DNA from: Coriobacteriia bacterium
GTDB taxonomy: Bacteria; Actinomycetota; Coriobacteriia; Anaerosomatales; PALSA-660
Direction: 5' to 3'
Assembly (NCBI GenBank): GCA_036508875.1
Contig: DATCGP010000012.1
Location: 2,162-66,161 of the forward strand
DNA length: 64,000 bases
Shown here in pieces: positions 49,323-58,765 of the stretch. Made by a program: the position numbers and the translations under genes. The notes beneath the pieces are model-generated. The model did no database searches. It was not told the origin of the DNA and worked only from the letters and a program-made list of their open reading frames with translations. The number at the start of each line of letters is the position of its first letter. Position 1 is the first letter of the stretch.

Positions 49323-50036
49323 ATGAAGCTCACGCCTCTCGATATCCACCACAAGGAGTTCCGCAACGCGCTTCGGGGCTACAGCCCCGAGGAGGTCGAC
49401 GACTTTCTGGACGAGGTGGCCGACGAGTTCGAGCGGCTCTTCAAGGAGAACATCGACCTGAACGAGAAGTTGGATGCCGCGTCCGCCCGCGTTCGCGAGT
49501 ATGGTGCGCTCGAGCACACGCTGCAGGCCACGCTCGTCTCCGCTCAGACGTCCGCAGAGGACATCAAGTCCCGCGCCGCCGCAGAGGCGGACCGCATGGT
49601 CCGCGAGGCCGAGGCCAAGGCGGCCGAGATCATCGGCACCGCACTCAACGACAAGCAACACTCGCAGGCTGAGACGGCCCGTCTCCAGAAGGCCGAGAAC
49701 GAGTTCCGCGCATCGTTCAAGCGGATGCTCGAGGGCTACCTGAAGGACGTCGCCGACGTCGTCACACCCGCGCCCGTCGTGCCGGCGCCGGTCGTCGCGC
49801 CCGAGCCCGTGGAGCCGGTGGCCACCGCGGTCGAGCCCGAGCCTGAGCCCGAGCCTGAACCGGTCGCCTCCGAGGACACCGGTGCGGTCATGTCGCTCAC
49901 GCTCGGCGAGGTGGGCGAGTCGACCCCTTCCTTCGAGGACGAGATGCCTTCATTGGAGGTCCCGGAGGAGTTCGCGCTTCCGACGCGGGGTCCCGTGGGC
50001 GAGCTCGACGACCTCGACATCGAGGAGATCGACTAG
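49323..50036 (+). CDS. divIVA: DivIVA-domain cell division/polarity protein
   Basis: MKLTPLDIHHKEFRNALRGYSPEEVDDFLDEV N-terminal lipid-binding domain, then a coiled coil. The Pro/Glu-rich tail contains an EPEPEPEPEP run. Confidence 0.92.
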   Translation: MKLTPLDIHHKEFRNALRGYSPEEVDDFLDEVADEFERLFKENIDLNEKLDAASARVREYGALEHTLQATLVSAQTSAEDIKSRAAAEADRMVREAEAKAAEIIGTALNDKQHSQAETARLQKAENEFRASFKRMLEGYLKDVADVVTPAPVVPAPVVAPEPVEPVATAVEPEPEPEPEPVASEDTGAVMSLTLGEVGESTPSFEDEMPSLEVPEEFALPTRGPVGELDDLDIEEID

Positions 50037-50045
50037 GCGCCACCT

Positions 50046-50309
50046 GTGAGCGCGCGCATCACCGTACGCGCCACCCCCCGTTCCGGCCGCGACTCGATCG
50101 AGGCCGGAACGGGGGGTGTCTTCTTGGTCCGGGTGACCGCGCCGCCCGACGAGGGAAGAGCCAACGCCGCGGTGTGCAAGGTGTTCGCTGAAGCCCTCGG
50201 AGTGCCGAAGAGCGCGGTCACGGTCGTCCGGGGGCACAGCGCCCGGGTCAAGACCCTGGAGATCGCCGGCATGACCGACGACGAGGCCGCACAGCGCTTG
50301 CCGCGTTGA
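50046..50309 (+). CDS. yggU: DUF167 (YggU) family protein
   Basis: 87 aa; RATPRSGRDSIE...VRVTAPPDEGRANAAVCKVFAEALGVPKSAVTVVRGHSARVK is the typical DUF167 pattern. Confidence 0.85.
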   Translation: MSARITVRATPRSGRDSIEAGTGGVFLVRVTAPPDEGRANAAVCKVFAEALGVPKSAVTVVRGHSARVKTLEIAGMTDDEAAQRLPR

Positions 50310-50379
50310 CCCTCCCGTGCACGAGAGCTACCCTAGTGACCCATCGTGCGGCTTGCCCGCGCGCCATATGCGAGAACGG

Positions 50380-50680
50380 CTACGACGAGGACGAGTAGGG
50401 GCGTACAAGCCCGTCCGAACAGCGAGCGGGGCAGGTACGGTGGAAGCCCGCGGCGGGAACGCCTTCCGAAGATCACCTCACGAGCCCCGGACCGATACGG
50501 CGCAGCGCGCGCCGGGTAGGCTCCGGCGGGGCCCGCACCCCGTTACTCGATGCGGCCGAGTGGCGCGCACGCGACCGATGGGCGGTCGGCGAGGCGCAAG
50601 CTGGGTGGTACCGCGGAGTGCTCCGATCCTGAACTCGAGGCGCGCTTCGTCCCGGCGACCGGACGAGGCGCGCCTTTCGC
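50380..50680 (+). promoter_or_regulatory. T-box leader (tRNA-Ile sensing) controlling ileS
   Basis: Stem I elements AGCGAGC (AG bulge) and GGUGGAA (distal loop). Candidate specifier AUC-A at 50472-50475. Canonical T-box sequence GCUGGGUGGUACCGCGG at 50600-50616. About 16-bp hairpin at 50637-50676 followed by UUU. Confidence 0.8.
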
Positions 50681-50728
50681 GTGCCTTGGGATGACCGTGG
50701 CACGCCCTGACACGAGGAGCCGACGAGC

Positions 50729-53512
50729 ATGGCGGACAAACCCGACTATAAGCAGACGATGAACCTTCCGGTCACCGACTTCCCGATGCGCGCCAACTTG
50801 AGCGTGCGCGAGCCGGGCTTCGTCGAACGCTGGGACGAGATGGACATCTACCGTCGCTCGCTCGAGGCGAACCTCGGCAACCCGGTCTTCATCCTCCATG
50901 ACGGGCCGCCGTACGCCAACGGCCACATCCATATGGGGACCGCGTTCAACAAGGTCTTCAAGGACCTCATCGTGAAGTACAAGACGATGCGTGGGTACTT
51001 CTCGCCGTACGTCCCGGGCTGGGACTGCCATGGCCAGCCGATCGAGCATCAGGTCGAGAAGAACCTGGGGCCGGTCAAGATGAAGGAGATGCCGCGGGCC
51101 GAGGTGCGCGCGCTGTGCCGGGACTACGCGCTCTCGTTCGTGAAGACCCAGAGCGACGAGTTCCGGCGCCTCGGGGTACGCGGCGACTTCGCGGACCCGT
51201 ACCTGACGCTCAACCACTCCTACGAGGCGGGGAACGTCCGCATCTTCAAGAAGATGTACGAGCAGGGGCTGATCTACAAGGGAGCGAAGCCGATCCACTG
51301 GTGCGTTCGCTGCAAGACGGCTCTGGCTGAGGCTGAGATCGAGTACGGCGATGAGATCTCGGACAGCATCTATGTGAAGTTCGAGTTCACGTCGAGGCCT
51401 GAGGGTTGGGCGGAGCGTCCCGAGCCGGTCTCCGTGCTCATCTGGACCACGACACCCTGGACGTTGCCGGCCAACGTCGCCGTCACGCTCGCCGAAGGCG
51501 CCGACTATGTGGGCGTGCGTGTCGGCGGCGACATCCTGGTCATGGCGGCCGCGCTCGTCGAGTCGGTGGCGAAGGCGGCCGGCTGGGACGAGTACGAGGT
51601 CCTGCCGCGCAAGGTCAAGGGCGCCGCGCTGTCCGGCCTGAGGTACCGCCATCCGATCCTGGACGGTGTGGAGGGCGTCATCATCACCGGCGACCACGTT
51701 GAGCTCACGACCGGGAGCGGCGCAGTGCACACCGCACCCGGCCACGGCGAGGACGACTACCTGGTGGGCCGCAAGTTCGGGCTGCCGATGCCCATGCCGG
51801 TCGACGACGACGGAAGGTTCGACACCGGCGGAGGCCCGTTCGTGGGCCTGAACGTGAACGAGGCGAATCCGGTCATCATCGACTGGCTTCGTGACCGCGG
51901 ATCGCTGGTGGCCGCGGGCAAGATCTCGCACAGCTACCCGCACTGCTGGCGGTGCAAGCAGCCGGTCATCTTCCGCGCCACCGTGCAGTGGTTCGTCTCG
52001 ATGGACCGCGCGAACGAGGGCGTCCGTCCTCTGCGCGACGCTGCGATGGAAGCGATCGGCGAGGTCGAGTGGATCCCCGGCTGGTCGGTGAACCGGATGG
52101 CCTCGATGGTGGCCGACCGCCCCGACTGGTGCATCTCGCGGCAGCGCGCGTGGGGGGTCCCGATCCCCGTGTTCACCTGTGCGAAGTGCGGGGAGATCGT
52201 GGCGACCCCGGAGACGTTCGACGCGGTCATAGCGCTGTTCGAGAGCGAGGGCGCGGACGCCTGGTTCACGAAGGCTCCCGCAGAGTACCTGCCAGCGGGC
52301 ACTTCGTGCGCGCGCTGTGGCGGGACCGAGCTGAAGCCCGAGGACGACATCCTCGACGTCTGGTTCGAGTCGGGCGTCTCCCACACGAGCGTGCTCGAAG
52401 CGCGCCCCGAGCTGCGGCGCCCTGCCGATCTCTACCTCGAGGGCTCGGACCAGCACCGCGGATGGTTCCAGTCGTCGCTGCTCACGAGCGTGGGCGCGTA
52501 CGGCGAACCGCCCTTCCGATCGGTGCTCACGCACGGGTTCATCGTCGATGGTGACGGCCGCAAGATGTCGAAGTCGCTCGGCAATACCGTGAGCCCCATC
52601 GACGTGGTCGGGAAGTACGGCGCCGACATCATCCGCTTGTGGGCGGCCAGCGCCGATTACGGACAGGACATCTCGGTCTCGGACGAGATCCTCGAGCGCA
52701 CCAGCGAGGCCTACCGCAGGATCCGCAACACGTTCCGGTTCCTGCTCTCCAACCTGTACGACTACGACCCGGCGGACGCCGTTCCGTTCGAGGACCTCGT
52801 TGAGCTCGACCAGTACGCGATGGTCCGCCTCGCCGATCTCGTGCGCGACGTCACCACCGCATACGACGAGTGGCGGTTCCATGCGGTCTATCGCCACGTC
52901 TACGAGTACTGCGGCGCTGACTTGTCGTCGTTCTACCTCGACGTGCTCAAGGATCGGCTGTACGCCGAAGCGGCCAGGTCTCCCGAACGTCGCAGCGCAC
53001 AGACGGTGCTGGCGGCGATCGCGGCTGCGATGGTAAGGATCGTCGCGCCGATTCTGACCTTCACGTCGGAGGAGGTCTGGTTCGCCCTGCCGGAAGCACT
53101 GCGTGACGGCGTCCCGTCCGTGCAGCTCGCGGGTTGGCCGTCGATAACGACCGACCCCATCGCAGCGGACCTGCGCTCGGCTTACGGAACGGTCCTCGAG
53201 GTGCGCGAGGTGGTGACAAAGGCCCTCGAAGACGCTCGCAACGCGGGCGTGATCGGCAAGAGCCAGGAGGCGTCCGTCGCCATCACAGCGTCCCCGGAGG
53301 TGATCGAGTCGCTGCAGGCCCGTCCTGACTTGGCCGACCTGTTCATCGTGGGCGAAGTCTCACTGTCGAGCGAAGCGGGCGGCACGCAGGTCAGCATCTC
53401 TCGCGCGGCGGGCGAGAAGTGCCCCCGCTGCTGGAACATCAGAACCGACATCGGCTCCAACGCGGCCCATCCCGAGGTCTGTGCGCGGTGCGCGAAGGTG
53501 CTCGAGCGCTGA
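50729..53512 (+). CDS. ileS: Isoleucine--tRNA ligase
   Basis: 927 aa; HIGH-type motif PPYANGHIHMGTAFNK, KMSKS (GRKMSKSLGN), CP1 editing domain, C-terminal Zn finger CPRCW...CARC. Confidence 0.97.
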   Translation: MADKPDYKQTMNLPVTDFPMRANLSVREPGFVERWDEMDIYRRSLEANLGNPVFILHDGPPYANGHIHMGTAFNKVFKDLIVKYKTMRGYFSPYVPGWDCHGQPIEHQVEKNLGPVKMKEMPRAEVRALCRDYALSFVKTQSDEFRRLGVRGDFADPYLTLNHSYEAGNVRIFKKMYEQGLIYKGAKPIHWCVRCKTALAEAEIEYGDEISDSIYVKFEFTSRPEGWAERPEPVSVLIWTTTPWTLPANVAVTLAEGADYVGVRVGGDILVMAAALVESVAKAAGWDEYEVLPRKVKGAALSGLRYRHPILDGVEGVIITGDHVELTTGSGAVHTAPGHGEDDYLVGRKFGLPMPMPVDDDGRFDTGGGPFVGLNVNEANPVIIDWLRDRGSLVAAGKISHSYPHCWRCKQPVIFRATVQWFVSMDRANEGVRPLRDAAMEAIGEVEWIPGWSVNRMASMVADRPDWCISRQRAWGVPIPVFTCAKCGEIVATPETFDAVIALFESEGADAWFTKAPAEYLPAGTSCARCGGTELKPEDDILDVWFESGVSHTSVLEARPELRRPADLYLEGSDQHRGWFQSSLLTSVGAYGEPPFRSVLTHGFIVDGDGRKMSKSLGNTVSPIDVVGKYGADIIRLWAASADYGQDISVSDEILERTSEAYRRIRNTFRFLLSNLYDYDPADAVPFEDLVELDQYAMVRLADLVRDVTTAYDEWRFHAVYRHVYEYCGADLSSFYLDVLKDRLYAEAARSPERRSAQTVLAAIAAAMVRIVAPILTFTSEEVWFALPEALRDGVPSVQLAGWPSITTDPIAADLRSAYGTVLEVREVVTKALEDARNAGVIGKSQEASVAITASPEVIESLQARPDLADLFIVGEVSLSSEAGGTQVSISRAAGEKCPRCWNIRTDIGSNAAHPEVCARCAKVLER

Positions 53513-53550
53513 GGGAGCCTTCCGCTCGGTGGTATCATCAGCACGTAGCC

Positions 53551-53577
53551 GCGACCCCCGCAAGCTGCGGGGGTCGC
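53551..53577 (+). terminator. Perfect 11-bp GC-rich hairpin after ileS (U-tract-less terminator candidate)
   Basis: GCGACCCCCGC-aagct-GCGGGGGTCGC. Confidence 0.45.
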
Positions 53578-53644
53578 TGACATGCACCGTCTGAACGGCA
53601 CCCCTGTGACGCGTGGACCCGCTGGAGCACGGAGGACGACCATC

Positions 53645-54010
53645 ATGGACGCGTCAGCACTCAGTGAGATCACCGCCGCGCTGCTTGCCGAGCGCGCGCG
53701 GCTGGCGCACGAGATCACCGACCTCGAGCGTGAGAGCTCAGTGACGCAGTCGGAGACCTCCGGCGAGAACGCCTACCGCGACCACATGGCCGATCAGGGG
53801 ACTGCCACGTTCGGCAAGGAGCTCGACATGACGCTCGAGGGCAACGCCCACGAGCTGTACGAGGACGTACTCTCGGCGCTCGCGCGCATCGATGCCGGTA
53901 CGTTCGGGACCTGCGTCCGCTGCGGCGCCGACATACAGGTCGACAGACTGCGCGCGATGCCCGCGGCAGAACTCTGCATCTCGTGCAAAGAGTGGGAGGA
54001 ATCCCGCTAG
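53645..54010 (+). CDS. TraR/DksA family C4 zinc-finger protein (YlyA-like)
   Basis: Coiled-coil N-terminus and CVRCGADIQVDRLRAMPAAELCISC. Same ileS-ylyA-lspA position as in Bacillus. RBS GGAGGA upstream of ATG 53645. Confidence 0.82.
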   Translation: MDASALSEITAALLAERARLAHEITDLERESSVTQSETSGENAYRDHMADQGTATFGKELDMTLEGNAHELYEDVLSALARIDAGTFGTCVRCGADIQVDRLRAMPAAELCISCKEWEESR

Positions 54011-54534
54011 TGCGACGTGGTCCCGCCGTCACCGCGGCGATTGCAGCCGTGGTCGTGGCGGTCGATCAGGCCGCCAAGTTCGCCGTTCGCAACACTCTGC
54101 CTACGCCGGGGTCGTCGGTCCCCGTCCTGGGTGACTTGGTCAGACTCACCTTCACGCGGAACGAGGGCGCTGCCTACGGCCTGCTTTCCGGGGGGCGCAT
54201 CTGGTTCATCCTCGTCTCGGTCGTGGCCGTCTGCGTCATCGCCGGCTACCTGATCCGAAGGCGGCCGCAGAAGCTGTGGCTCATCGTCGCGCTCGGCCTC
54301 GTCGCGGGTGGCGCCATCGGGAACCTGATCGACCGCGCCTGGTTCGGATGGGTGACCGACTTCATACAGGTCCCGTTCGACTTCCCCGTCTTCAACGTGG
54401 CCGACTCGTCGGTCGTCGTCGGCGTCGCCATGCTCGTGTGGTGGCTCCTCTTCGGGCCAGCGCCCGTGGTCACCCCCACTCCGTCGATCGCAGCGGAAGG
54501 GTCGTCGTCCGATGGCCCCGCCGAGGAGGCCTAG
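54010..54534 (+). CDS. lspA: Lipoprotein signal peptidase II
   Basis: FTRNEGAAYG, GNLIDR, and FNVADS catalytic Asp motifs. GTG 54010 overlaps the upstream TAG (alternative ATG 53983). Confidence 0.92.
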   Translation: MRRGPAVTAAIAAVVVAVDQAAKFAVRNTLPTPGSSVPVLGDLVRLTFTRNEGAAYGLLSGGRIWFILVSVVAVCVIAGYLIRRRPQKLWLIVALGLVAGGAIGNLIDRAWFGWVTDFIQVPFDFPVFNVADSSVVVGVAMLVWWLLFGPAPVVTPTPSIAAEGSSSDGPAEEA

Positions 54535-55563
54535 ATGGCGCGACCGACCGATGGCACGGTCAGCCACACCGTGCGCGCCGACGAGGCGGGCGCGCGTGTC
54601 GACGTGCTGATCGCGGAGACCGGCCTGCTCCCGAGCCGGGCGTTCGCTCAGAAGCTGATCGAGCGCAACTGCGTCCGCGTCAACGGCCAGACCGTCACCA
54701 AGCGCTACAAGCCGTGCAGCGGCGATCGCATACTGATCGAGATCCCGCCCTCGGAGTCGTCCGATCTCATCGCCGAGGACGTCCATCTCGACATCCGCTT
54801 CGAGGACGAGTCGCTGATCGTGCTGTCCAAGGCCGCGGGGATGGTCGTGCACCCCGCGCACGGGCACTGGTCTGGGACGCTGGTGCACGCCCTGCTCGGG
54901 TACTCGGACGACCTCGGCACCCTGGCAGGGGAGGAGCGCCCCGGCATCGTACACCGGCTGGACAAGGACACGTCCGGGCTGATGATCGTCGCGAAGAAGG
55001 ATGACGTGCAGCGCGCGCTCCAGTCGATGATCAAGCAGCGGCTGGTCGAGCGGCGCTACATCGCACTCGTCCACGGCAGGATCGTGCCCGATACCGGGCT
55101 CATCGACGCCCCGATCGGACGGCATCCGAAGGAACCGAAGAAGATGTGGGTGAGCGATGCCGCGCACGCGCGGCAGGCGGTCACATCGTTCTCGACGCTC
55201 GAGCGCTTCGAAGCCGGAGGCCTCGATGACGGCTACACGCTCGTCGAGTGCAAGCTGCAGACCGGCCGGACGCATCAGATCCGCGTCCACATGGCCTATA
55301 TCCAGCATCCGGTGGTGGGCGACCCGCTCTATGGACGCCGCAAGCTCAAGGACGACCTGGGGCTCGAGCGCCAGTTCCTCCACAGCTGGACGATCGCCTT
55401 CGACCACCCGCTGACGAACGAGCGCGTGGAGGTCACAGAGCCGCTGCCGGCCGACCTGGCCAAGGCGCTGGCCTCCATCTCCGATCGGAGCGACGGGAAG
55501 ACGCCGCGCGGCGTCGAGGTCGACGCGCTCCTCGCGGCTGCAGAGCCGCCGGTCTCGGAGTAG
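54535..55563 (+). CDS. rluD: RluA-family 23S rRNA pseudouridine synthase (RluD-like)
   Basis: S4 domain N-terminus, catalytic HRLDKDTSGLM, TGRTHQIRVH. Confidence 0.92.
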   Translation: MARPTDGTVSHTVRADEAGARVDVLIAETGLLPSRAFAQKLIERNCVRVNGQTVTKRYKPCSGDRILIEIPPSESSDLIAEDVHLDIRFEDESLIVLSKAAGMVVHPAHGHWSGTLVHALLGYSDDLGTLAGEERPGIVHRLDKDTSGLMIVAKKDDVQRALQSMIKQRLVERRYIALVHGRIVPDTGLIDAPIGRHPKEPKKMWVSDAAHARQAVTSFSTLERFEAGGLDDGYTLVECKLQTGRTHQIRVHMAYIQHPVVGDPLYGRRKLKDDLGLERQFLHSWTIAFDHPLTNERVEVTEPLPADLAKALASISDRSDGKTPRGVEVDALLAAAEPPVSE

Positions 55564-55753
55564 CCCGTCCGGCCGCTGGTCGGAGTCCGGGCCTGACCGC
55601 GACGAGCGCCGCCGCCCGTGGTGTCTCCGTGGATTTATGCTCCCCACCACGGCAAACGGCACGCGGGAAGCGGTATCCTCGAGACAGCCCAGCGGCGCTC
55701 GCGTGGTCGACGGGTGGCAGGGCGTAGACGCGCCACTGAGCGGAAGGGACCGC

Positions 55754-56473
55754 ATGGAGACCACCAAGCGCGTTCTCGTGGTCGAAGACGAGAAGGCGAT
55801 CCTCGACGCCGTGACGGCGTACCTCGAGCGCGACGGCTACTGGGTGACGCCTGTGGCCGACGGCGCCGCCGCACTCGAGCAGGCCGGCCGCAAGGCGTTC
55901 GACCTCATCGTGCTGGACCTGAACCTCCCGAAGGTCTCGGGAGAAGAGGTCTGCAGGCGCGTGCGTGACGTGTCCGACGTCCCGATCATCATGCTGACGG
56001 CCAAGGGGGCCGAAGAGGAGCGCATCAAGGGCCTCGAGATCGGCGCCGACGACTACCTGGTCAAGCCGTTCTCGCCACGCGAGCTCACCGCGCGCGTCCG
56101 CGCGCTCCTGCGCCGCGCGCACGCTGAGTCGGACCCACAGAGGGACCGCATGGACTTCGGCGACCTCGCGATCGACCTGCGCGCCCATCGTGTCTTCCTT
56201 GACGGCGCCGAGGTCGACCTGACGGCGAGCGAGTACAAGCTGCTCATCACGCTGGCCCGCTATCCGGGCAGGGTCTACCCGCGCATGGAGCTCGTCGAGA
56301 AGGTGCTGGGCTACGACTTCGAGGGGTACGAGCGCGCGATCGACTCCCACGTGAAGAACCTCCGCGCGAAGTTGGACGACGATCCGCGCGAGCCCCGGTT
56401 CATCCACACCGTCACCGGCGTCGGCTACCGCTTCGAGGCCGAACGCACCGATCTGGAAGGCGCCGCCTCGTGA
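55754..56473 (+). CDS. OmpR/PhoB-family response regulator
   Basis: Receiver domain (VLVVEDE...DLIVLDLNLP...KPF) plus winged-helix output (LTASEYKLLITLA...VTGVGYRF). ATG at 55754. Confidence 0.93.
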   Translation: METTKRVLVVEDEKAILDAVTAYLERDGYWVTPVADGAAALEQAGRKAFDLIVLDLNLPKVSGEEVCRRVRDVSDVPIIMLTAKGAEEERIKGLEIGADDYLVKPFSPRELTARVRALLRRAHAESDPQRDRMDFGDLAIDLRAHRVFLDGAEVDLTASEYKLLITLARYPGRVYPRMELVEKVLGYDFEGYERAIDSHVKNLRAKLDDDPREPRFIHTVTGVGYRFEAERTDLEGAAS

Positions 56474-57888
56474 GGCGGATCGGCCTCCGCACACAGCTCG
56501 GCCTGGCCTTCGCGGCTGTCTCCGCGTTCACGGCGCTCCTCGTGGCGCTCGTACTGGTCTTCACCTGGCAGGGGCAGTTCAACGACTACGTGCAGTCCCG
56601 CGTGCAGTCCTCCGCTACCGACTTCGCTCAGATCGCGGGGCAGTCGTTCGTCAATTTCGGGAGAAGATGGGAGACCGACGGGCTGCAGACGCTCGCGCGC
56701 ACCGCCCGCTTGTATGACCTCCGCGCGCAGGTGCTCGACGTGCGCGGGGCGGTCCTGGTGGACAGTGCGTGGCTGGGCGAAGGCGTCGGCCTGCCAGGGA
56801 TGCCCGGCGGACCGGCCGCTGACGCAACGGACACCGCCGAGCCGATGAAGCCGCCGGTCGTCAGCGCGAAGGTGGTCGTCTCCGGCGTACAGGTCGGGTC
56901 GGTGGTCGTCTCCTCGCTCTCACCGGGCTCCCTGCTGACCGATTCGGACATACAGTTCCGTACCTCCTCGACCACGGGCCTCGGTGTCGCGGCGGTGCTG
57001 GCGCTCGTGCTCGCTACCGGCGCGGGGCTCCTATACTCACGAGTCTTCGCCAGGCCCATCAATCGCGTGACGAAGACCGCCGACGCGCTTCGCGCCGGCG
57101 ACCTGGACGCGCGGACCGGCATGGGGGGCGACGACGCGATCGGCATGCTCGGCAGCACACTGGACGAGATGGCGAAGTCGATCCAGGCAGAGCGGGAGTT
57201 CGAGCGCAGGCTGACGGCCGATGTGGCGCACGAGCTGCGGACTCCGCTGCAGGCGATCCAGGCAACGGTGGAGGCGATGCAGGACGGCGTTCTGCCGGCG
57301 GACGCCGAGCACCTGAGCGTCGTCCGCAACGAGACGGTCCGGTTGGGGCGTCTCGCCGACTCGATCCTCGAGCTGTCGCGCCTGGAGAACCGCAGCGTGC
57401 GGATCCGCCGCGCGCCGGTGGACCCGGCGGTGCCTCTGATGCGCGCAGTGGATGCGCACCGCGCGCTGCTCGAATCACTCGAGCTGACCGTCATCACGGC
57501 GATAGACGAGGGTGGCGTGGTCTCCGCTGACGTCGACCTGCTCACGCAGGCGTTCGGCAACCTGCTCGGCAACGCCGCCCGGTACACGCCCGAGGGCGGT
57601 ACCGTCACCGTGAGCCTGCACTACGACGCGCGCCAGGCGGTCGTCACGGTCGCCGACACCGGCATAGGGATCCCGCAGGACCAGCGCGACAGGATCTTCA
57701 CGCGCTTCTACCGGTCCGACGCTGCACGCGAACGTTCGCGCCATGGCTTCGGCATCGGGTTGGCCGTCGTGAAGGAGATCGTCGACCAGCAGGGTGGCAC
57801 CGTGGGCTTCCGGTCGAACGAACCCGGGCCGGGAACCACCTTCGAGGTGCGTCTTCCCGCGGTGCGCCGAGCGGCTAGTCGGAGATAG
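56470..57888 (+). CDS. Sensor histidine kinase (2 TM, extracytoplasmic loop, HAMP, HisKA, HATPase_c)
   Basis: H-box ADVAHELRTPL, N-box LLGNAARYTP, G-boxes DTGIGI and GFGIGLAVV. GTGA overlap with the regulator gene. Confidence 0.93.
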   Translation: MRRIGLRTQLGLAFAAVSAFTALLVALVLVFTWQGQFNDYVQSRVQSSATDFAQIAGQSFVNFGRRWETDGLQTLARTARLYDLRAQVLDVRGAVLVDSAWLGEGVGLPGMPGGPAADATDTAEPMKPPVVSAKVVVSGVQVGSVVVSSLSPGSLLTDSDIQFRTSSTTGLGVAAVLALVLATGAGLLYSRVFARPINRVTKTADALRAGDLDARTGMGGDDAIGMLGSTLDEMAKSIQAEREFERRLTADVAHELRTPLQAIQATVEAMQDGVLPADAEHLSVVRNETVRLGRLADSILELSRLENRSVRIRRAPVDPAVPLMRAVDAHRALLESLELTVITAIDEGGVVSADVDLLTQAFGNLLGNAARYTPEGGTVTVSLHYDARQAVVTVADTGIGIPQDQRDRIFTRFYRSDAARERSRHGFGIGLAVVKEIVDQQGGTVGFRSNEPGPGTTFEVRLPAVRRAASRR

Positions 57889-58765
57889 TCACAGGTATCG
57901 TGACCTCGTCGATCTCGGCGCCGTTCTTGGCCGAGTTAGCGAACACCCTCAGCTCGCCGACGCCCGGTGTCGCGGTGCCCCACGCGAGCTTCAGCGACCA
58001 CGTGCCGCGCGTGCCGGTGCCGCTGCTCGCGTGCACGGTCTTGTTGACTAGAAGCTTCCCCGCGACGTCGCGCAACTGCAGGTGGAACACGGCTTCGAAG
58101 ACGTCGGCCGTTCCGCGTGCGACCGTCCCCCTCTTGACCGTAGCCATCCACGCGGGGTTGTCGACGAAGATCGGGGGGATCGCGTAGTCGGCCCCTGCGC
58201 GCGTCTGCGGACGGTCGAGCATCACTCCCTCGCCGGTGAATACCTTGACGGTCTTGCCGCCGATCAAGAACCGGACCTTCTTCACGGTCGGGAACTGGGT
58301 CGCGGTGTAGACGACCTGGTCGAGGCGTATGAACACTGCGGCAGCGCCGCCGTCGGTCGCGTACTTCGAGCTGAGGTCGATGATCGCGGTCGTGCGGGAC
58401 ATCTTGACGCTGCGAAGGACGGTACCGTCCGGGATGGCTGTGTTGAAGCCGGCCGCAGACTCGGACGCGCTCGGCCCCTTCAGCAGTTCCAACAAGGCGC
58501 CCTTCAGCGTCGCCTTCGTGCCCGCAGGGAGTTCACGGAGGAACGGCTGCAGCCTATCGGCGCCGAGCGCGAAGTACACCTTGACTACCACTGCGGTGGC
58601 GGGCGGGACGGTCGGTGTGGTCGGCACGGTTGTGCCGCTCGTCGGCACCGACGGTGTGGAGGGGCCTGAGGTGGGAGGTCCGCTCGGGGTCTGCAGCGGT
58701 GGCGTCGTGCACCCCGCTGCGAACAGTGCCATCAGGACCAGTGCGACGATCAGTAGGCGCTTCAT
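57875..58765 (-). CDS. GerMN-domain plus Gmad2 Ig-like-domain lipoprotein
   Basis: Signal peptide MKRLLIVALVLMALFAAGC and a Pro/Thr-rich linker. GerMN-like core VKVYF...LQPFLRELP...ALLELLKGPS...NTAIPDGT. C-terminal Gmad2-like beta domain (GTADVFEAVFHLQLRD...GTWSLKL). Alternative GTG start at 58774. Confidence 0.75.
   Translation of the reverse strand: MKRLLIVALVLMALFAAGCTTPPLQTPSGPPTSGPSTPSVPTSGTTVPTTPTVPPATAVVVKVYFALGADRLQPFLRELPAGTKATLKGALLELLKGPSASESAAGFNTAIPDGTVLRSVKMSRTTAIIDLSSKYATDGGAAAVFIRLDQVVYTATQFPTVKKVRFLIGGKTVKVFTGEGVMLDRPQTRAGADYAIPPIFVDNPAWMATVKRGTVARGTADVFEAVFHLQLRDVAGKLLVNKTVHASSGTGTRGTWSLKLAWGTATPGVGELRVFANSAKNGAEIDEVTIPVTISD

Noticed and set aside
49786-49870. GAGCCCGAGCCTGAGCCC-type hexanucleotide repetition, considered as a tandem DNA repeat or VNTR.
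   Set aside because: It lies in-frame inside divIVA and encodes an EPEPEPEPEP low-complexity linker. It is too short and degenerate to call an independent repeat element.
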